Part shown: piece by piece, positions 7,673 through 18,216 of the stretch
Numbering within the stretch: the first letter of the stretch is position 1
How the letters are laid out: every line of letters begins with the position of its first letter
Source of the DNA: a virus
IMG/VR virus record: IMGVR_UViG_3300042374_000500
Span: 2,306 to 66,305 of that record
Length of the DNA: 64,000 bases
Reading direction: 5' to 3' (one strand)
The notes under the pieces: model-generated
Seen by the model: the letters and a program-made list of their open reading frames with translations, nothing else
Database searches by the model: none
What the model was told of the DNA's origin: nothing
Translations under genes and position numbers: made by a program

Positions 7673-9721
7673 ATGTACGAAAAAATTGAAGGCGGGAATG
7701 TTATAGACATTCAAGGGCTAAAGTGTAATTTGCCTCCTGAAGGTTATGTATACAATATAATTACAAAACAAGTAGAATTTAGGGGCATATATAAAAGGTC
7801 TGAAATTGAATGTGAGCAATTTTGGAAAAGAATACCTATGCCAGATTGGTATCAAGATACAATGAAGAAGTGGGATGAATTTGATAAAAAGAAAAAAGAT
7901 GACGAGGTTGAATTTTATGATGAAAGACTAGAAGAATATAAGAAACAAGAGTGGGATAGAAGGTTAAATGGATTTTGGTACATGAACAATGGTACTCCCA
8001 CATATTTGACAGGATTGCATTATTTATATTTACAATGGTGGCCTATTGATATTGGTTATCCTAAGTTTCGTATTCCGGATTTGGAAAAGTTCTATTTTAT
8101 GGACTATTGTATTCAAGATCCATTATGTATGGGGATGCTTGAAGTAACTAAAAGACGTTTTGGTAAATCATTTGTAGCTGGATTATTTGTTTCTGAATAC
8201 ATTACTAGGACTAAGATGACAAACGGCGGTATTCAATCTAAAACAGGTTCGGATGCCAAAAAATTCTTTGCTAAGACAGTTGTTAATCCTTTCAGAAGAT
8301 TGCCAAAGTTTTTTAGACCAGAATATGATATGTCTTTGGGTGTTAATCCTAAAACAGAGATGAGATTCCAAAAGACAAACGTAAGAGGTAAAAAAGCAGA
8401 AGATAGTGTTGACAAAGATGAATTAGGATCAATTATTGACCATCAATCAGCAGATACAGTAGCTTATGATGGACAAAAATTACATAGATATGTGGCAGAC
8501 GAGTGTGGTAAAACCACAGAAGTAAATGTTTATGATAGACATGAGGTTGTGCGTTATTGTTTGTTAGATGATGAGGGTAAAATTATTGGGAAGGCTTTAT
8601 ATACTACAACAGTAGAAAAATTAACTACGGAAAAAGATGGGGTACAGGATGCGTTTAAGTTATTATGGGAGGAAAGTAATCAAGATAAAAGACAAGATAA
8701 TGGGACGACTTCAAGCGGTCTTTATAGATTTTTTATGTCTGCTAAACGAACTAGAAACTTTGACGACTTTGGTTTCCCTGATGAAAATAAGACTTTAGAC
8801 CAAATTTTAGCCGATAGAGAAACGGTAAAAAATAACCCAAGAGCATTATCTGCTCGTGTTAGAAAAGAGCCATTGACTATTGACGAGGCATTTAGTACAG
8901 ACTCAGATAAGTGTATTTTTAATGTAATGAACATAGGCGCAAGGGAACAATATTTAAAAGAAAACCCTGTATTAAAGAGGCATGTCATTTTTTACCGAGA
9001 TATTGATCAAACAGTAAGGTGGAGAAATATTAATGATAAAGAAGAAGATTTTCATTGGGTTATAACTCAATTCCCACCAAAAGGCGAAGAGAATAAACAT
9101 ACATTTGATGTTAAAACTAGAAAACCGGGAAGGGTATCTGATGGCGCAATAGCAATTGACGGATACAGTAATAGTCAAGGTGGTAAATACGGTTCAAAAG
9201 CATCAGCTTGGATTGGTAGAAGATATGATTTATTAAACCCAGAAACTACCGGTAAGGCAATAGGTCATTTGTATGGCAGACCACAAATTAAAGAAACATT
9301 GCATGAGCAAGTGCTTTTAGCGGCTGAATTTTATGGTTATCAAGCGTGGTACGAGCATAATAGTGATGATTATTTATCATATTTTAGAGATAGAGGCAGG
9401 GTTGGTTATTTAGGCTCATATCCACTTTCAACAATAGATCCTTCTAAAAGAGAATCAGCAGAAAGGTATAAAGGCTTCCCAACTACTCCTTTTAGCTTGA
9501 CAAAACAAACAGATGTTGGAATTATGTATTTTGAATCCCATATTGATTCTATAGATTTTGAAAATTTGCTAGAAGATGCTAAAAAGTTTGATCCAAATAA
9601 TAGAACTGATTATGACCAAACGGTATCATTTTTAATGTTAATAGTATGTCTTATGGAGCCAGTTCAAAAACAAATTAAACGAGAACCATTAGTTAGAAGC
9701 TATAAGCCAGAGTTCAATTAA
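7673..9721 (+). CDS. terL: terminase large subunit
   Basis: Walker A KRRFGKS, Walker B YVADECGK, P-x-T-x-x-EAF, nuclease AIAIDG. Confidence 0.9.
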   Translation: MYEKIEGGNVIDIQGLKCNLPPEGYVYNIITKQVEFRGIYKRSEIECEQFWKRIPMPDWYQDTMKKWDEFDKKKKDDEVEFYDERLEEYKKQEWDRRLNGFWYMNNGTPTYLTGLHYLYLQWWPIDIGYPKFRIPDLEKFYFMDYCIQDPLCMGMLEVTKRRFGKSFVAGLFVSEYITRTKMTNGGIQSKTGSDAKKFFAKTVVNPFRRLPKFFRPEYDMSLGVNPKTEMRFQKTNVRGKKAEDSVDKDELGSIIDHQSADTVAYDGQKLHRYVADECGKTTEVNVYDRHEVVRYCLLDDEGKIIGKALYTTTVEKLTTEKDGVQDAFKLLWEESNQDKRQDNGTTSSGLYRFFMSAKRTRNFDDFGFPDENKTLDQILADRETVKNNPRALSARVRKEPLTIDEAFSTDSDKCIFNVMNIGAREQYLKENPVLKRHVIFYRDIDQTVRWRNINDKEEDFHWVITQFPPKGEENKHTFDVKTRKPGRVSDGAIAIDGYSNSQGGKYGSKASAWIGRRYDLLNPETTGKAIGHLYGRPQIKETLHEQVLLAAEFYGYQAWYEHNSDDYLSYFRDRGRVGYLGSYPLSTIDPSKRESAERYKGFPTTPFSLTKQTDVGIMYFESHIDSIDFENLLEDAKKFDPNNRTDYDQTVSFLMLIVCLMEPVQKQIKREPLVRSYKPEFN

Positions 9722-9752
9722 TTAAAAATTTTACTAAATTCTTAATATTTAG

Positions 9753-9760
9753 TATATTTG
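9753..9760 (+). promoter_or_regulatory. Bacteroidota -7 box (TAnnTTTG) for the portal/capsid operon
   Basis: TATATTTG. The same box occurs at 16582, 24895, 33788, 34494, 44748 (TAATTTTG) and 51512 on +, and at 6558, 48541 (TACTTTTG) and 63761 on -. Confidence 0.65.
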
Positions 9761-9778
9761 ACGTAAAATACAATCACA

Positions 9779-12169
9779 TTGGCAGATAGTCCGTTATTCA
9801 TATCAGCAGCAAATAGCAATGGCGAAGCATTAAAAAAGTTTCAAATTACTACAGATGTATCATCTAAAAAAGATTATGCATATGGTAAAAATGTTGCACA
9901 AAGCATCTATTCTACAATTTACGGTAACCAAACTTATTTTTGGTTAAGAAATAATAGATTTAGAAAAAACAGACAAATCGCAAACGGTAAAATAGACATG
10001 AGTGTGTTTATGGATCGTTTGGAGATGAATAGTAAAGCTAACTTTGTAAATATTAATTGGAAATCAATTATTATTGGTAATACAATTGTTGCAAGGTTGG
10101 TTGGCTCATGGATGAGTAGAAATGAAAAGGTTACAGTTACTGCTACAGATAGCGCATCTGCAATGCTTAAAAAGAACGCAGCGGATGAAGCTGAATTTAT
10201 TTATCAAAATAAAGAAATACTTGCTCAATTACAACAAGAGTCTGGTATTCCAATTATCCCAAAAGATCAATTTATTGCGGAAGATAAAGATGAATTAGAT
10301 AGATGGATTAGCGAATTTAATCATTTACCAGAGGAAATACAATATAGCATTGGATGTAATAATGTATTAGAAGCTAATGGATGGAATGATGTCTTAAAAC
10401 AAAGATTGTTGCATGATTCTGCTGAAGTAGGATTAGTATGTACTTATACTTTTATGGACGAAGAAGGTGAAGTTCATGTTCAATGGATTAGACCTGAAAA
10501 TGCAATTTATTCTTATTCTGATTTTCCTGACTTTAGAGATACCACTTATAGAGGACACATTTTGTCAATGAAAGTTAGTGAAATTAGAGCAAGATATAGT
10601 ATTGCAGCTGGGGGAACTTTAACAGAAGAGGATATTTTTAGATTGGCAGAATCATCAAAAGAATATCAAAGAACAGATAAGATTAAGTGGATGCAAGATT
10701 GGAATGTTGCTTGGTTAAGGCCTTATGATGAATGGAATATTGACTTAATGCAATTTGAAATTAGAACATTAGATTCTGATGGTTATACTGTTACTAAAAC
10801 AAAGAAAAATGGTAGCACTATCATTAAAAAGGGGAAGCCTGAAAAATTAGACGAAAATCAACAATATTTAGAAGAGAAAAAATGGAACATATACGAAGGC
10901 GTATATTGTCCTGTTACTCAAACTATGATTAAGTGGGGTATTAAAAAGAATATGATTCGCCCACAAGATCCAAAAGAATTAGGAAACGCAGAGTTTTCAT
11001 ATAGCTTTTATATGTATGACCCTTACGATATGCGTAATGTGGCTGTACCTGAAAAAATAGAAGAGCCTATTGAGCAAATGATTTTAGCTAGATTGAAGAT
11101 ACAGCAAATGGTAGCCAAAATGGTGCCAGCAGGTGCTTCAATTGATGTAGATGCATTACAAGAACTAGATTTAGGTTTAGGGGATTCTGTAAAACCATTA
11201 GAAGTGCAAAAGATTTGGGAACAAACAGGTAAGCTTTATTATCGTGGTAGAGATGCTGAAGGAAATAGAATTCCAGTTCCAATTACTGAATTAGCTAATA
11301 CTGGTTTTGCTCCTCAATTGCAAGCTTTAATTCAATTATATCAATTCCATTATCAAGTCTTAAAAGATGAATTAGGAGAAGATCCTAATTTAATGAATCA
11401 AGCTGCACAACCAAGAGTTGCCGCTTCAAACATTGAGGCTTCAAGAGCTTTAGCAAATAACGCCACTGAATATATGTACGATGCATATATTTACGTTATG
11501 GAAGAAACATGTAAAAAAATAGCGTGTTTATTAAATAAGAGTGTTACTTATGGAGCTAAAAAATATAGAGATATATTAAAGGAAGAAGATGTAAAAGATA
11601 GAAACTTTGTTGCTACAGTTAAAATGATGCCACAAGCTCAAGAAATTGCTAATTTGCAAATAATGATGAACAATGCTATGGCATCAAATCCTCAATTAGT
11701 TATGTATCTAGATCCATTTAAGGTAATGAGAATAGCTAAGGAAAATGTTGACTTAGGTGAATTGTATTTTAGGCAAGCTCAAAAAAGATATATAAAAACA
11801 GAGCAAGAAAATGCTCAAAATAATTCACAGCAAAACGCAGAAGCTCAACAAGCTAGTATTCAAGCAAAAATGCAAGCTGATACAATTATTGATGGTAAAA
11901 GGGCTTTAGCTAGAGAAAAGGAAATTATACTACAAGGTGTTTTTGATCTTGCAAAAGCAAATATTCCTGTACCAGCCGAGCTTCAGCAATTGGTTTCTGA
12001 TACTTTGCAAAATGTAAATGTCCCAATTGAAGTGCAAAATGAAGAACAGCAAATGGCTTTAGCGCAACAAGCGCAACAGCAAGAGCAAATGCAAATGGAG
12101 CAAATGGGCGAACAACAGCTTTCTGAAGAGGAACAAATGATGATGGAACAACAAATGCAACAACAATAA
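9779..12169 (+). CDS. portal protein (TTG start, Gln-rich C-terminus)
   Basis: 796 aa following terL; W-x-QTG-x-LYYR and similar motifs of crAss-related portals. Confidence 0.85.
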   Translation: MADSPLFISAANSNGEALKKFQITTDVSSKKDYAYGKNVAQSIYSTIYGNQTYFWLRNNRFRKNRQIANGKIDMSVFMDRLEMNSKANFVNINWKSIIIGNTIVARLVGSWMSRNEKVTVTATDSASAMLKKNAADEAEFIYQNKEILAQLQQESGIPIIPKDQFIAEDKDELDRWISEFNHLPEEIQYSIGCNNVLEANGWNDVLKQRLLHDSAEVGLVCTYTFMDEEGEVHVQWIRPENAIYSYSDFPDFRDTTYRGHILSMKVSEIRARYSIAAGGTLTEEDIFRLAESSKEYQRTDKIKWMQDWNVAWLRPYDEWNIDLMQFEIRTLDSDGYTVTKTKKNGSTIIKKGKPEKLDENQQYLEEKKWNIYEGVYCPVTQTMIKWGIKKNMIRPQDPKELGNAEFSYSFYMYDPYDMRNVAVPEKIEEPIEQMILARLKIQQMVAKMVPAGASIDVDALQELDLGLGDSVKPLEVQKIWEQTGKLYYRGRDAEGNRIPVPITELANTGFAPQLQALIQLYQFHYQVLKDELGEDPNLMNQAAQPRVAASNIEASRALANNATEYMYDAYIYVMEETCKKIACLLNKSVTYGAKKYRDILKEEDVKDRNFVATVKMMPQAQEIANLQIMMNNAMASNPQLVMYLDPFKVMRIAKENVDLGELYFRQAQKRYIKTEQENAQNNSQQNAEAQQASIQAKMQADTIIDGKRALAREKEIILQGVFDLAKANIPVPAELQQLVSDTLQNVNVPIEVQNEEQQMALAQQAQQQEQMQMEQMGEQQLSEEEQMMMEQQMQQQ

Positions 12170-12194
12170 TTATAAAAAATTAAAATAAAAAAAA

Positions 12195-12575
12195 ATGGCA
12201 ACGGTAAGTAAGCTTTTAATAAGACTTCAAAAATTTAGTTCAAAAATTAGTACAACTGTAGATGCGACTGAATCATTTAATACAGATAATTCTTTTTATC
12301 AAGATTTATCTGGTTGGGATTCGGCTGTTATTCAATTTGTAGGTACGTCTGGAACAATTAGTTTTAGCACTACAAATGATAATGGTTCTATTACAGGGCA
12401 ATTATTGCCAGCACCAGAGGTTCCAACTAATTGGGTTACAGTATTAGGTGTTAATTTGACAACCAAAGCCGATGTGTCATCAATTAATGCGAGTGGTATG
12501 GTTGCATTTGGTATTATTGGTAATTATTTATTATTACAAGGTTCAGTAGCAACAACAACAACAGCCGCACCTTAA
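12195..12575 (+). CDS. putative virion decoration protein with a Thr tail
   Basis: Beta-rich 126-aa protein ending ATTTTAAP. Confidence 0.55.
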   Translation: MATVSKLLIRLQKFSSKISTTVDATESFNTDNSFYQDLSGWDSAVIQFVGTSGTISFSTTNDNGSITGQLLPAPEVPTNWVTVLGVNLTTKADVSSINASGMVAFGIIGNYLLLQGSVATTTTAAP

Positions 12576-12594
12576 AATTTAAAATAGAAATAAA

Positions 12595-12894
12595 ATGGCA
12601 AATTCAATAGCTTATGTATTGTCTAAAAATACATACTCTAACCCCTTTCAAGCAAACCTTATAGGTGTTAATCAAGGCACTCAAATTGTCTATGCAACAA
12701 CAAGCACATTAACATCCGCTAATAAATTGTATGCCGATAGTAGATTAACCCAACCTATTTATGGAGATGGAACAAGTTGGTATGGCGTGCAATTATTAAC
12801 AAATACTTCTGTAGTATATCCTATTACTATAAGCGCAAGTGGTACAATAGCAATTGGTTCTGGTACTACTACTACCACTACAGCAGCAGTTTAA
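12595..12894 (+). CDS. putative virion decoration protein with a Thr tail
   Basis: 99 aa; LYADSRLT...GDGTSWY module; ends GTTTTTTAAV. Confidence 0.55.
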   Translation: MANSIAYVLSKNTYSNPFQANLIGVNQGTQIVYATTSTLTSANKLYADSRLTQPIYGDGTSWYGVQLLTNTSVVYPITISASGTIAIGSGTTTTTTAAV

Positions 12895-12922
12895 AATAAA
12901 AATAGAAACCAAATCAGCATTT

Positions 12923-14092
12923 ATGCCAGAGAATACAGACATGTCAGCACCAATTACGCTGGCAGAAGGTTACAATCCGTTTTCGGATGAAAATGCACCA
13001 CAAGTGCAACAGCAAGTAGAAGTAGCCCCTACTGCAACAAATAATGAGCCAAATGAGCAACAAGCTCAATCGGTTCAAAATAATGAGCAAAATCAAGAAC
13101 AACAAGTTTCATCACCGTCTTTTGATCCAAACGAATTCGTCAGAGAAAGATTTGGTTTTGAAAGCGTTGAACAAGCAGAACAAGAATTTAAAAAACTTAA
13201 AGAAACGCCAAGTTTTGAATTCAAAGATGATGTAAGTAAAACATTATTTGATGCCATTAAAGAAGGTAAAGCAGATGATGTTTATGAAGTTTTGAATCAA
13301 CAAAAAAGATTAGAAAAATTGGTAAATTCAGAATTAAATTCTGAAATTGCTGCCGAGATTGTAAAAACAAATATTAAAAATAAACATAAAAGTTTATCAA
13401 ACGAAGATGTTGAGCTTTTGTTTTATGATCAATTTTTCGTACCTTTAAAACCTGAACAAGGTTATGATGAATCAGATGATGATTATGCTGCAAAAGTAAG
13501 TCAATGGCAATCACAAGTTGACTACACTGAAAGACGATTGATGATAGAGGCAAAAGTTTTAAAGCCGGAAATTGAAAAATTAAGAAGCGAAATTACTTTG
13601 CCAGATATTTATAATGAAAGTGCTAGGGAGGCTGCATCTCAAGAAGAATTTGAGATAATGCAAGAAGCTAGGTCAATTTATGAAAGAACTTTAGATTCGG
13701 ACTTCCAGTCCTTCAATGGATTTAATGTTTCGGTAAAAGACGAGGATGTTGAAATACCGATTTCATTTAATGTAGCTGAAGAAGAAAGATTGGCAATGAA
13801 GAATGATTTGGAGGATTTTGATACAGATTTATATTTTGAGAATAGATGGTTTAACAAGGAAGGGAAACCAAATGTTCAACAAATAATGGCAGATAAATAT
13901 TTGCTTGAAAATCGTGAAAAAATCTTTTCAAAAATAGCAAATGAAGCTGCATCCCAAAGATTGTTAGCTCATTTAAAAAAGAACGGGAATATTAATATCA
14001 ACCAAACACCAACTCCACAAGGAGCGAAACCAGATCTTAATGGCATAGAGGCTGAAAGGCTAAGAATGGCAGAATGGGCATTTAGTTCGTAA
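12923..14092 (+). CDS. capsid scaffolding protein
   Basis: Acidic helical protein directly before the major capsid gene; ATG at 12923. Confidence 0.7.
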   Translation: MPENTDMSAPITLAEGYNPFSDENAPQVQQQVEVAPTATNNEPNEQQAQSVQNNEQNQEQQVSSPSFDPNEFVRERFGFESVEQAEQEFKKLKETPSFEFKDDVSKTLFDAIKEGKADDVYEVLNQQKRLEKLVNSELNSEIAAEIVKTNIKNKHKSLSNEDVELLFYDQFFVPLKPEQGYDESDDDYAAKVSQWQSQVDYTERRLMIEAKVLKPEIEKLRSEITLPDIYNESAREAASQEEFEIMQEARSIYERTLDSDFQSFNGFNVSVKDEDVEIPISFNVAEEERLAMKNDLEDFDTDLYFENRWFNKEGKPNVQQIMADKYLLENREKIFSKIANEAASQRLLAHLKKNGNININQTPTPQGAKPDLNGIEAERLRMAEWAFSS

Positions 14093-14138
14093 CTTGTTAT
14101 TGCCTTTGGAGGAGGCGTAAAAAAATAAATTCAATATT

Positions 14139-15548
14139 ATGGCAGGAATACCTACCTCAAATATTTTGCAGCCGGGTTCTATCTCGTTGCAATCCCAGAA
14201 TAGACAACTGATGGTTGATCTACAATTATTAACTCCACAGTATTACAAGCAATACACTCAAAAGTATGGCAATGAAGATTTTACTTGGTGGTTAGCTGCT
14301 CATAGCGGCATGGAAGAAGTTAAAAACTTAAACTACTTCTGGTTTGAAAACCGCGGTAAATTAATGCCGGGTGTTACAAATACTAGCTCAGTTTCTGCTG
14401 GCGTTGGTGCTACAATTACTTTAACTTTAGGACAAGAGGCTTACTTTAACAATGGTACTCAAACTCCTTTAAGAGTTGGTGAAACTTTGCGTGTGGCTTC
14501 TTCAAACATTGAAGGGGTTATCATGTCAATTAATAGCACTACTGCATATGCATGGACTTTTACAGTTGCTCCAAAACAAACTACTCAAAGATTTGCTTCT
14601 GCTGGTTCAACTAGCTTGTTAGCAGGTGAAGTTTTATTGTTTGGTGGCGATGCAGATGCTGGTGAAGCTTCTGGACCAATCAATCCTTTGATTCAATTAG
14701 ATCAAAGATATGATAACAATGTAACAGAAATTCGTGATGGTTGGTCTAACACTGACTTAGCGCAAATGGCTGAAACATTTTATGAGTTCCCAGTATCTCC
14801 AGACATGGCTGCAAATGGTGTAACTGCATTTACTTACAAAGGTATGTATAAGACTCTTGTTCGTTTTAAAAACAATGTGGAAGCTAAATTAATGCGTGGA
14901 AATATCCAAAACAACTCAACAATTAGCAATTCAACTGGTTCTGAAGGTATTATCCCTAAAGTTGTAGCTGATGGTGAAACTGTTGGTTATACTCCGGGTA
15001 CTTTAGATATCCAAAAATTACACGAGATTACTCGTATCATGGATGTTAATGGTTGTGCTAAACAATCTGCATGGTTAACTGATATCTTCCAAAGACAAGA
15101 TTTCTCTGATGGTATCTTCGCTGCTTACCCAGCTGGTGCTTTCGTTTATGGACAAGGCGAGAAGTCTAAAGAAGCTTCTGTTGCTTATGGTTTCCAAGAA
15201 ATCTTCATTGATGGATATTTATTGTCTGTTAAGAAGTATCCTCAATTCAACACTGAGGTTACAACTGGTTTAACTCCAAACGTTGATTACTTCCGTAATT
15301 TCGGTTTAATCTATCCAATGGGTGAAACTAAGGATGCTAAAACTGCTCAAGCTTACAAGAACATTACTATTATGTATCAACAACCTCCTCAAGGTGGAAC
15401 AGTTGGTAATGGTATTCGTGTATGGCAATATGGTGGTGGATCTCCTAATCCAACAGATGGTACAATGACTAATCAAATTGCGATGATCACTTATCGTGGT
15501 ACTCGTGTTTGTGCAGCAAACCAATTCATCATCGTTCAAGGTAACTAA
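14139..15548 (+). CDS. major capsid protein (HK97 fold)
   Basis: 469 aa after the scaffold; WFENRG, GSEGII and AYGF motifs; followed by a terminator. Confidence 0.85.
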   Translation: MAGIPTSNILQPGSISLQSQNRQLMVDLQLLTPQYYKQYTQKYGNEDFTWWLAAHSGMEEVKNLNYFWFENRGKLMPGVTNTSSVSAGVGATITLTLGQEAYFNNGTQTPLRVGETLRVASSNIEGVIMSINSTTAYAWTFTVAPKQTTQRFASAGSTSLLAGEVLLFGGDADAGEASGPINPLIQLDQRYDNNVTEIRDGWSNTDLAQMAETFYEFPVSPDMAANGVTAFTYKGMYKTLVRFKNNVEAKLMRGNIQNNSTISNSTGSEGIIPKVVADGETVGYTPGTLDIQKLHEITRIMDVNGCAKQSAWLTDIFQRQDFSDGIFAAYPAGAFVYGQGEKSKEASVAYGFQEIFIDGYLLSVKKYPQFNTEVTTGLTPNVDYFRNFGLIYPMGETKDAKTAQAYKNITIMYQQPPQGGTVGNGIRVWQYGGGSPNPTDGTMTNQIAMITYRGTRVCAANQFIIVQGN

Positions 15549-15573
15549 TTAGTTATTTAGAACTTATAATTAT

Positions 15574-15610
15574 GGTAGGGGCAACTTTATTGATTGCCTC
15601 TACCTATTTT
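15574..15610 (+). terminator. terminator after the major capsid gene
   Basis: GGTAGGGGCAA/TTGCCTCTACC stem followed by TATTTT. Confidence 0.65.
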
Positions 15611-15629
15611 AACATTTAAAAACCATTTT

Positions 15630-16523
15630 ATGGCAAAGTTAAAGGCAATAGGGATAAATGAATATAATTTATCTCAACAAGGAGAATTTACTAATGTAAG
15701 ACAACATGAAGAAGCAGCTATTGCAATGACTGAAGCTTCTGTTGCAAATGAAGGAGTTACTTATAAAATTTTCAAATTATCAGATACTAAAAAAAATGGT
15801 AAATACCATATGGAAGGTATTGATGATGTTTGGAATCCAGAGAAAAAAAGAATGGAAAGGATTAGACTTTTAACAGGTTATCCTAGTATTTGGGTAGAAG
15901 ATCAAAAAGGTTTAGAAAAAAGTTTTGTTGAAAAAAATAGAAGGAGTTTAATATTTGACAGAAGGGTTTTAAGAATCCCTGATTACGATATGACAGCACT
16001 TGAATTTTTAAGTCTTTGTAATGCAAATTTGGACAATCCAAACAAAAAAGGCACTAGAAAGATTACTTTCTTTCAGTGGAATCCTCAAAGAACAGCTGAA
16101 TTAGAAAGAGAAAAGAGAGTTGCTAAAGTTAAGGCTATTAAACATGCTTCTTTAGCTACTGATGAAGAAATGCGTAAACATTGTAATTATCTTGGTATTT
16201 TGTTTACAGACGAATTAGGTATGCCTAAATCTAATGAAGCATTAAGAAATGATTACGAATTATATGCTGAAGCACAACCTAATAAATTTATGGAAAGTGC
16301 TGGTTCTAAGGAAGTTGAAATAGCTTTTATTATTAAAAAGGCTTTAATAGACAATAGAATTGATGTTAATAGCAAAAAAGGATCTGCTTATTGGGCGAAT
16401 GATGGTGGTTTTATTTGTAAAATACCATCGGATAAAAGACCTGAAAGCTATTTAGTTGAATATGCCATGTACCCTCAAGATGAGTGTAAAGCATTTTTAG
16501 AGCAATTAAAGAAATTAATGTAG
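15630..16523 (+). CDS. conserved post-capsid hypothetical protein
   Basis: RIR...SIWVEDQ...N(P) motifs seen in this phage group; ATG at 15630. Confidence 0.6.
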   Translation: MAKLKAIGINEYNLSQQGEFTNVRQHEEAAIAMTEASVANEGVTYKIFKLSDTKKNGKYHMEGIDDVWNPEKKRMERIRLLTGYPSIWVEDQKGLEKSFVEKNRRSLIFDRRVLRIPDYDMTALEFLSLCNANLDNPNKKGTRKITFFQWNPQRTAELEREKRVAKVKAIKHASLATDEEMRKHCNYLGILFTDELGMPKSNEALRNDYELYAEAQPNKFMESAGSKEVEIAFIIKKALIDNRIDVNSKKGSAYWANDGGFICKIPSDKRPESYLVEYAMYPQDECKAFLEQLKKLM

Positions 16524-16545
16524 TTCTTCCCCCTCTAAATAAAAT

Positions 16546-16580
16546 AAGCCCTGTAGCCTAAAAATTACGGGGCTTTTTTC
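16546..16580 (+). terminator. Rho-independent terminator
   Basis: AAGCCC.../GGGGCTTTTTT. Confidence 0.7.
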
Positions 16581-16606
16581 GTATATTTGTTGTATAACTT
16601 ATTCCA

Positions 16607-17302
16607 ATGAATGTTAATGATATGTATCGTATTTGTCAGTTTGCAGTTAATAAAGCGCAAAATGGCTATTTGACTCCATCTGAATTTAATCTTGTTATAA
16701 ATCAAGCACAAGTTTCATATCAAGATTACTTGTTGGGAGAGTTTCAGCAATATCAATATGGTAGGCCTCAAGCTAGAGTTAGTTATAGCCAAAATCAAAA
16801 TGTTAGACAAAGATTAACTCCATTAATTGCAGAAACTACGTTGACAATAAATGGCACATCTGGCCAATCGCCTTATCCAGTTGATTATTTGCAAACAGAT
16901 GCAATTATAACACCAGCTTTTAAGAGAGTTAGATATTCTCAACAAGATACTTTATATTCTTATTACAATAGCGAAATTGATCCAATTGCAACTAATCCTA
17001 TTTATTTATTAGAACCTACTGGTTTTCAGTTTTATCCTGTAACATTAGGAAGTGCAATTTTAACTTATGTAAAAAATGCACCTGATATAGTTTGGGCTTA
17101 TACTACCGTAAGCGGTAGGCCTGTTTATGCAGCTACTCAAACGGGAGTAGGGGTTACTCCAACCACAGGAACTGTGCAGCCGGTATGGGATGATGTAGAT
17201 TTATTAGAAATAATATCTAGGGCATTAAAATTAATTGGCTTAAATTTACAAGACGGCCAAGTACAGCAATATGCTAATCAAGTAACACAAATTGGGCAAT
17301 AA
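16607..17302 (+). CDS. head-tail ring/adaptor protein
   Basis: NKAQNGYLTPSEFN-x-x-x-NQAQ motif of crAss-related ring proteins. Confidence 0.7.
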   Translation: MNVNDMYRICQFAVNKAQNGYLTPSEFNLVINQAQVSYQDYLLGEFQQYQYGRPQARVSYSQNQNVRQRLTPLIAETTLTINGTSGQSPYPVDYLQTDAIITPAFKRVRYSQQDTLYSYYNSEIDPIATNPIYLLEPTGFQFYPVTLGSAILTYVKNAPDIVWAYTTVSGRPVYAATQTGVGVTPTTGTVQPVWDDVDLLEIISRALKLIGLNLQDGQVQQYANQVTQIGQ

Positions 17303-17934
17303 TGACTAGAAACGCATTTATAGAAAGAATATTAAGACAGGTTTATAATGGGCAACCATCGGATGATAGTAGTATCACTTATAATCTAGTTAATCAATGG
17401 CTTAATGATGCCATTGGTTCAGTTGTGAAAAAGAATTATACAGATAGCATTCAATTAGATGGAGTAGCTTATGTAAACAATTCATTTTATACTACATTTA
17501 CTAATTTAGACATTGAAGCTGAACTTGTAGATAATGTGACTTATAGCGTTGATTTACCAATTATTCCAATAGCATTAGGTAAGAATGAAGGTATTGCCAC
17601 TTTGCAGTTCGTTGGTGACAAGAAAACATCACAAACAGCTATTCCTTTAAGCATGAATCAAGTAGCTTATCAAGAGCTTTTAAGACCTATTCAAAATAAA
17701 ATAGTTTATTGGATTGAAGGTAAAAATATTTATATTAAAAGTTCAATTCCTTTAACAAGCTATAAAGCTACAATTAGAATGATTAGTGGTGGGGATTCAA
17801 CAGACTTAAATTCAACATTAATTGTGCCAGATGATTATGTGCCATTTATTGTTGAATACATAAAAGGGCAATTAGCTTTTGAAAGATCAAGACCAATAGA
17901 TACAAGTAATGACGGAGTAGACAACAACAACTAA
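17302..17934 (+). CDS. tail ring/structural protein
   Basis: Coupled gene in the tail block; ends PIDTSNDG. Confidence 0.6.
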   Translation: MTRNAFIERILRQVYNGQPSDDSSITYNLVNQWLNDAIGSVVKKNYTDSIQLDGVAYVNNSFYTTFTNLDIEAELVDNVTYSVDLPIIPIALGKNEGIATLQFVGDKKTSQTAIPLSMNQVAYQELLRPIQNKIVYWIEGKNIYIKSSIPLTSYKATIRMISGGDSTDLNSTLIVPDDYVPFIVEYIKGQLAFERSRPIDTSNDGVDNNN

Positions 17935-17941
17935 ATAATAT

Positions 17942-18214
17942 ATGAAACCAATTAGAGATTTTGTTTTAGTAAAACCATTTGCACCAGAAGAAGTTACAGA
18001 AGGCGGCTTATTGTTGCCAGAAAGTTATAGAGAAAGAAATTGTAAAGCAAAAGTTCTTTCTGTAGGCAGAGGAACTGCTAAAATTAAAATGGAAGCAAAA
18101 AAAGACGATGTTATTTTTCATATAAAAGGGGCAGGTGAGCCAATTATATTGGATAATGAACTTGTTTTTTTAATCCGCCAAAACGATATATTAGCTTACG
18201 CATCAAATAATTAA
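17942..18214 (+). CDS. groES: co-chaperonin GroES
   Basis: MKPIRDFVLVKP...TEGGLLLP...VLSVGRG...QNDILA. Confidence 0.9.
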   Translation: MKPIRDFVLVKPFAPEEVTEGGLLLPESYRERNCKAKVLSVGRGTAKIKMEAKKDDVIFHIKGAGEPIILDNELVFLIRQNDILAYASNN

Positions 18215-18216
18215 AT

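Noticed and set aside
11983-12201. Cys-rich antisense ORF
   Set aside because: Reverse complement of the Gln-rich portal C-terminus.
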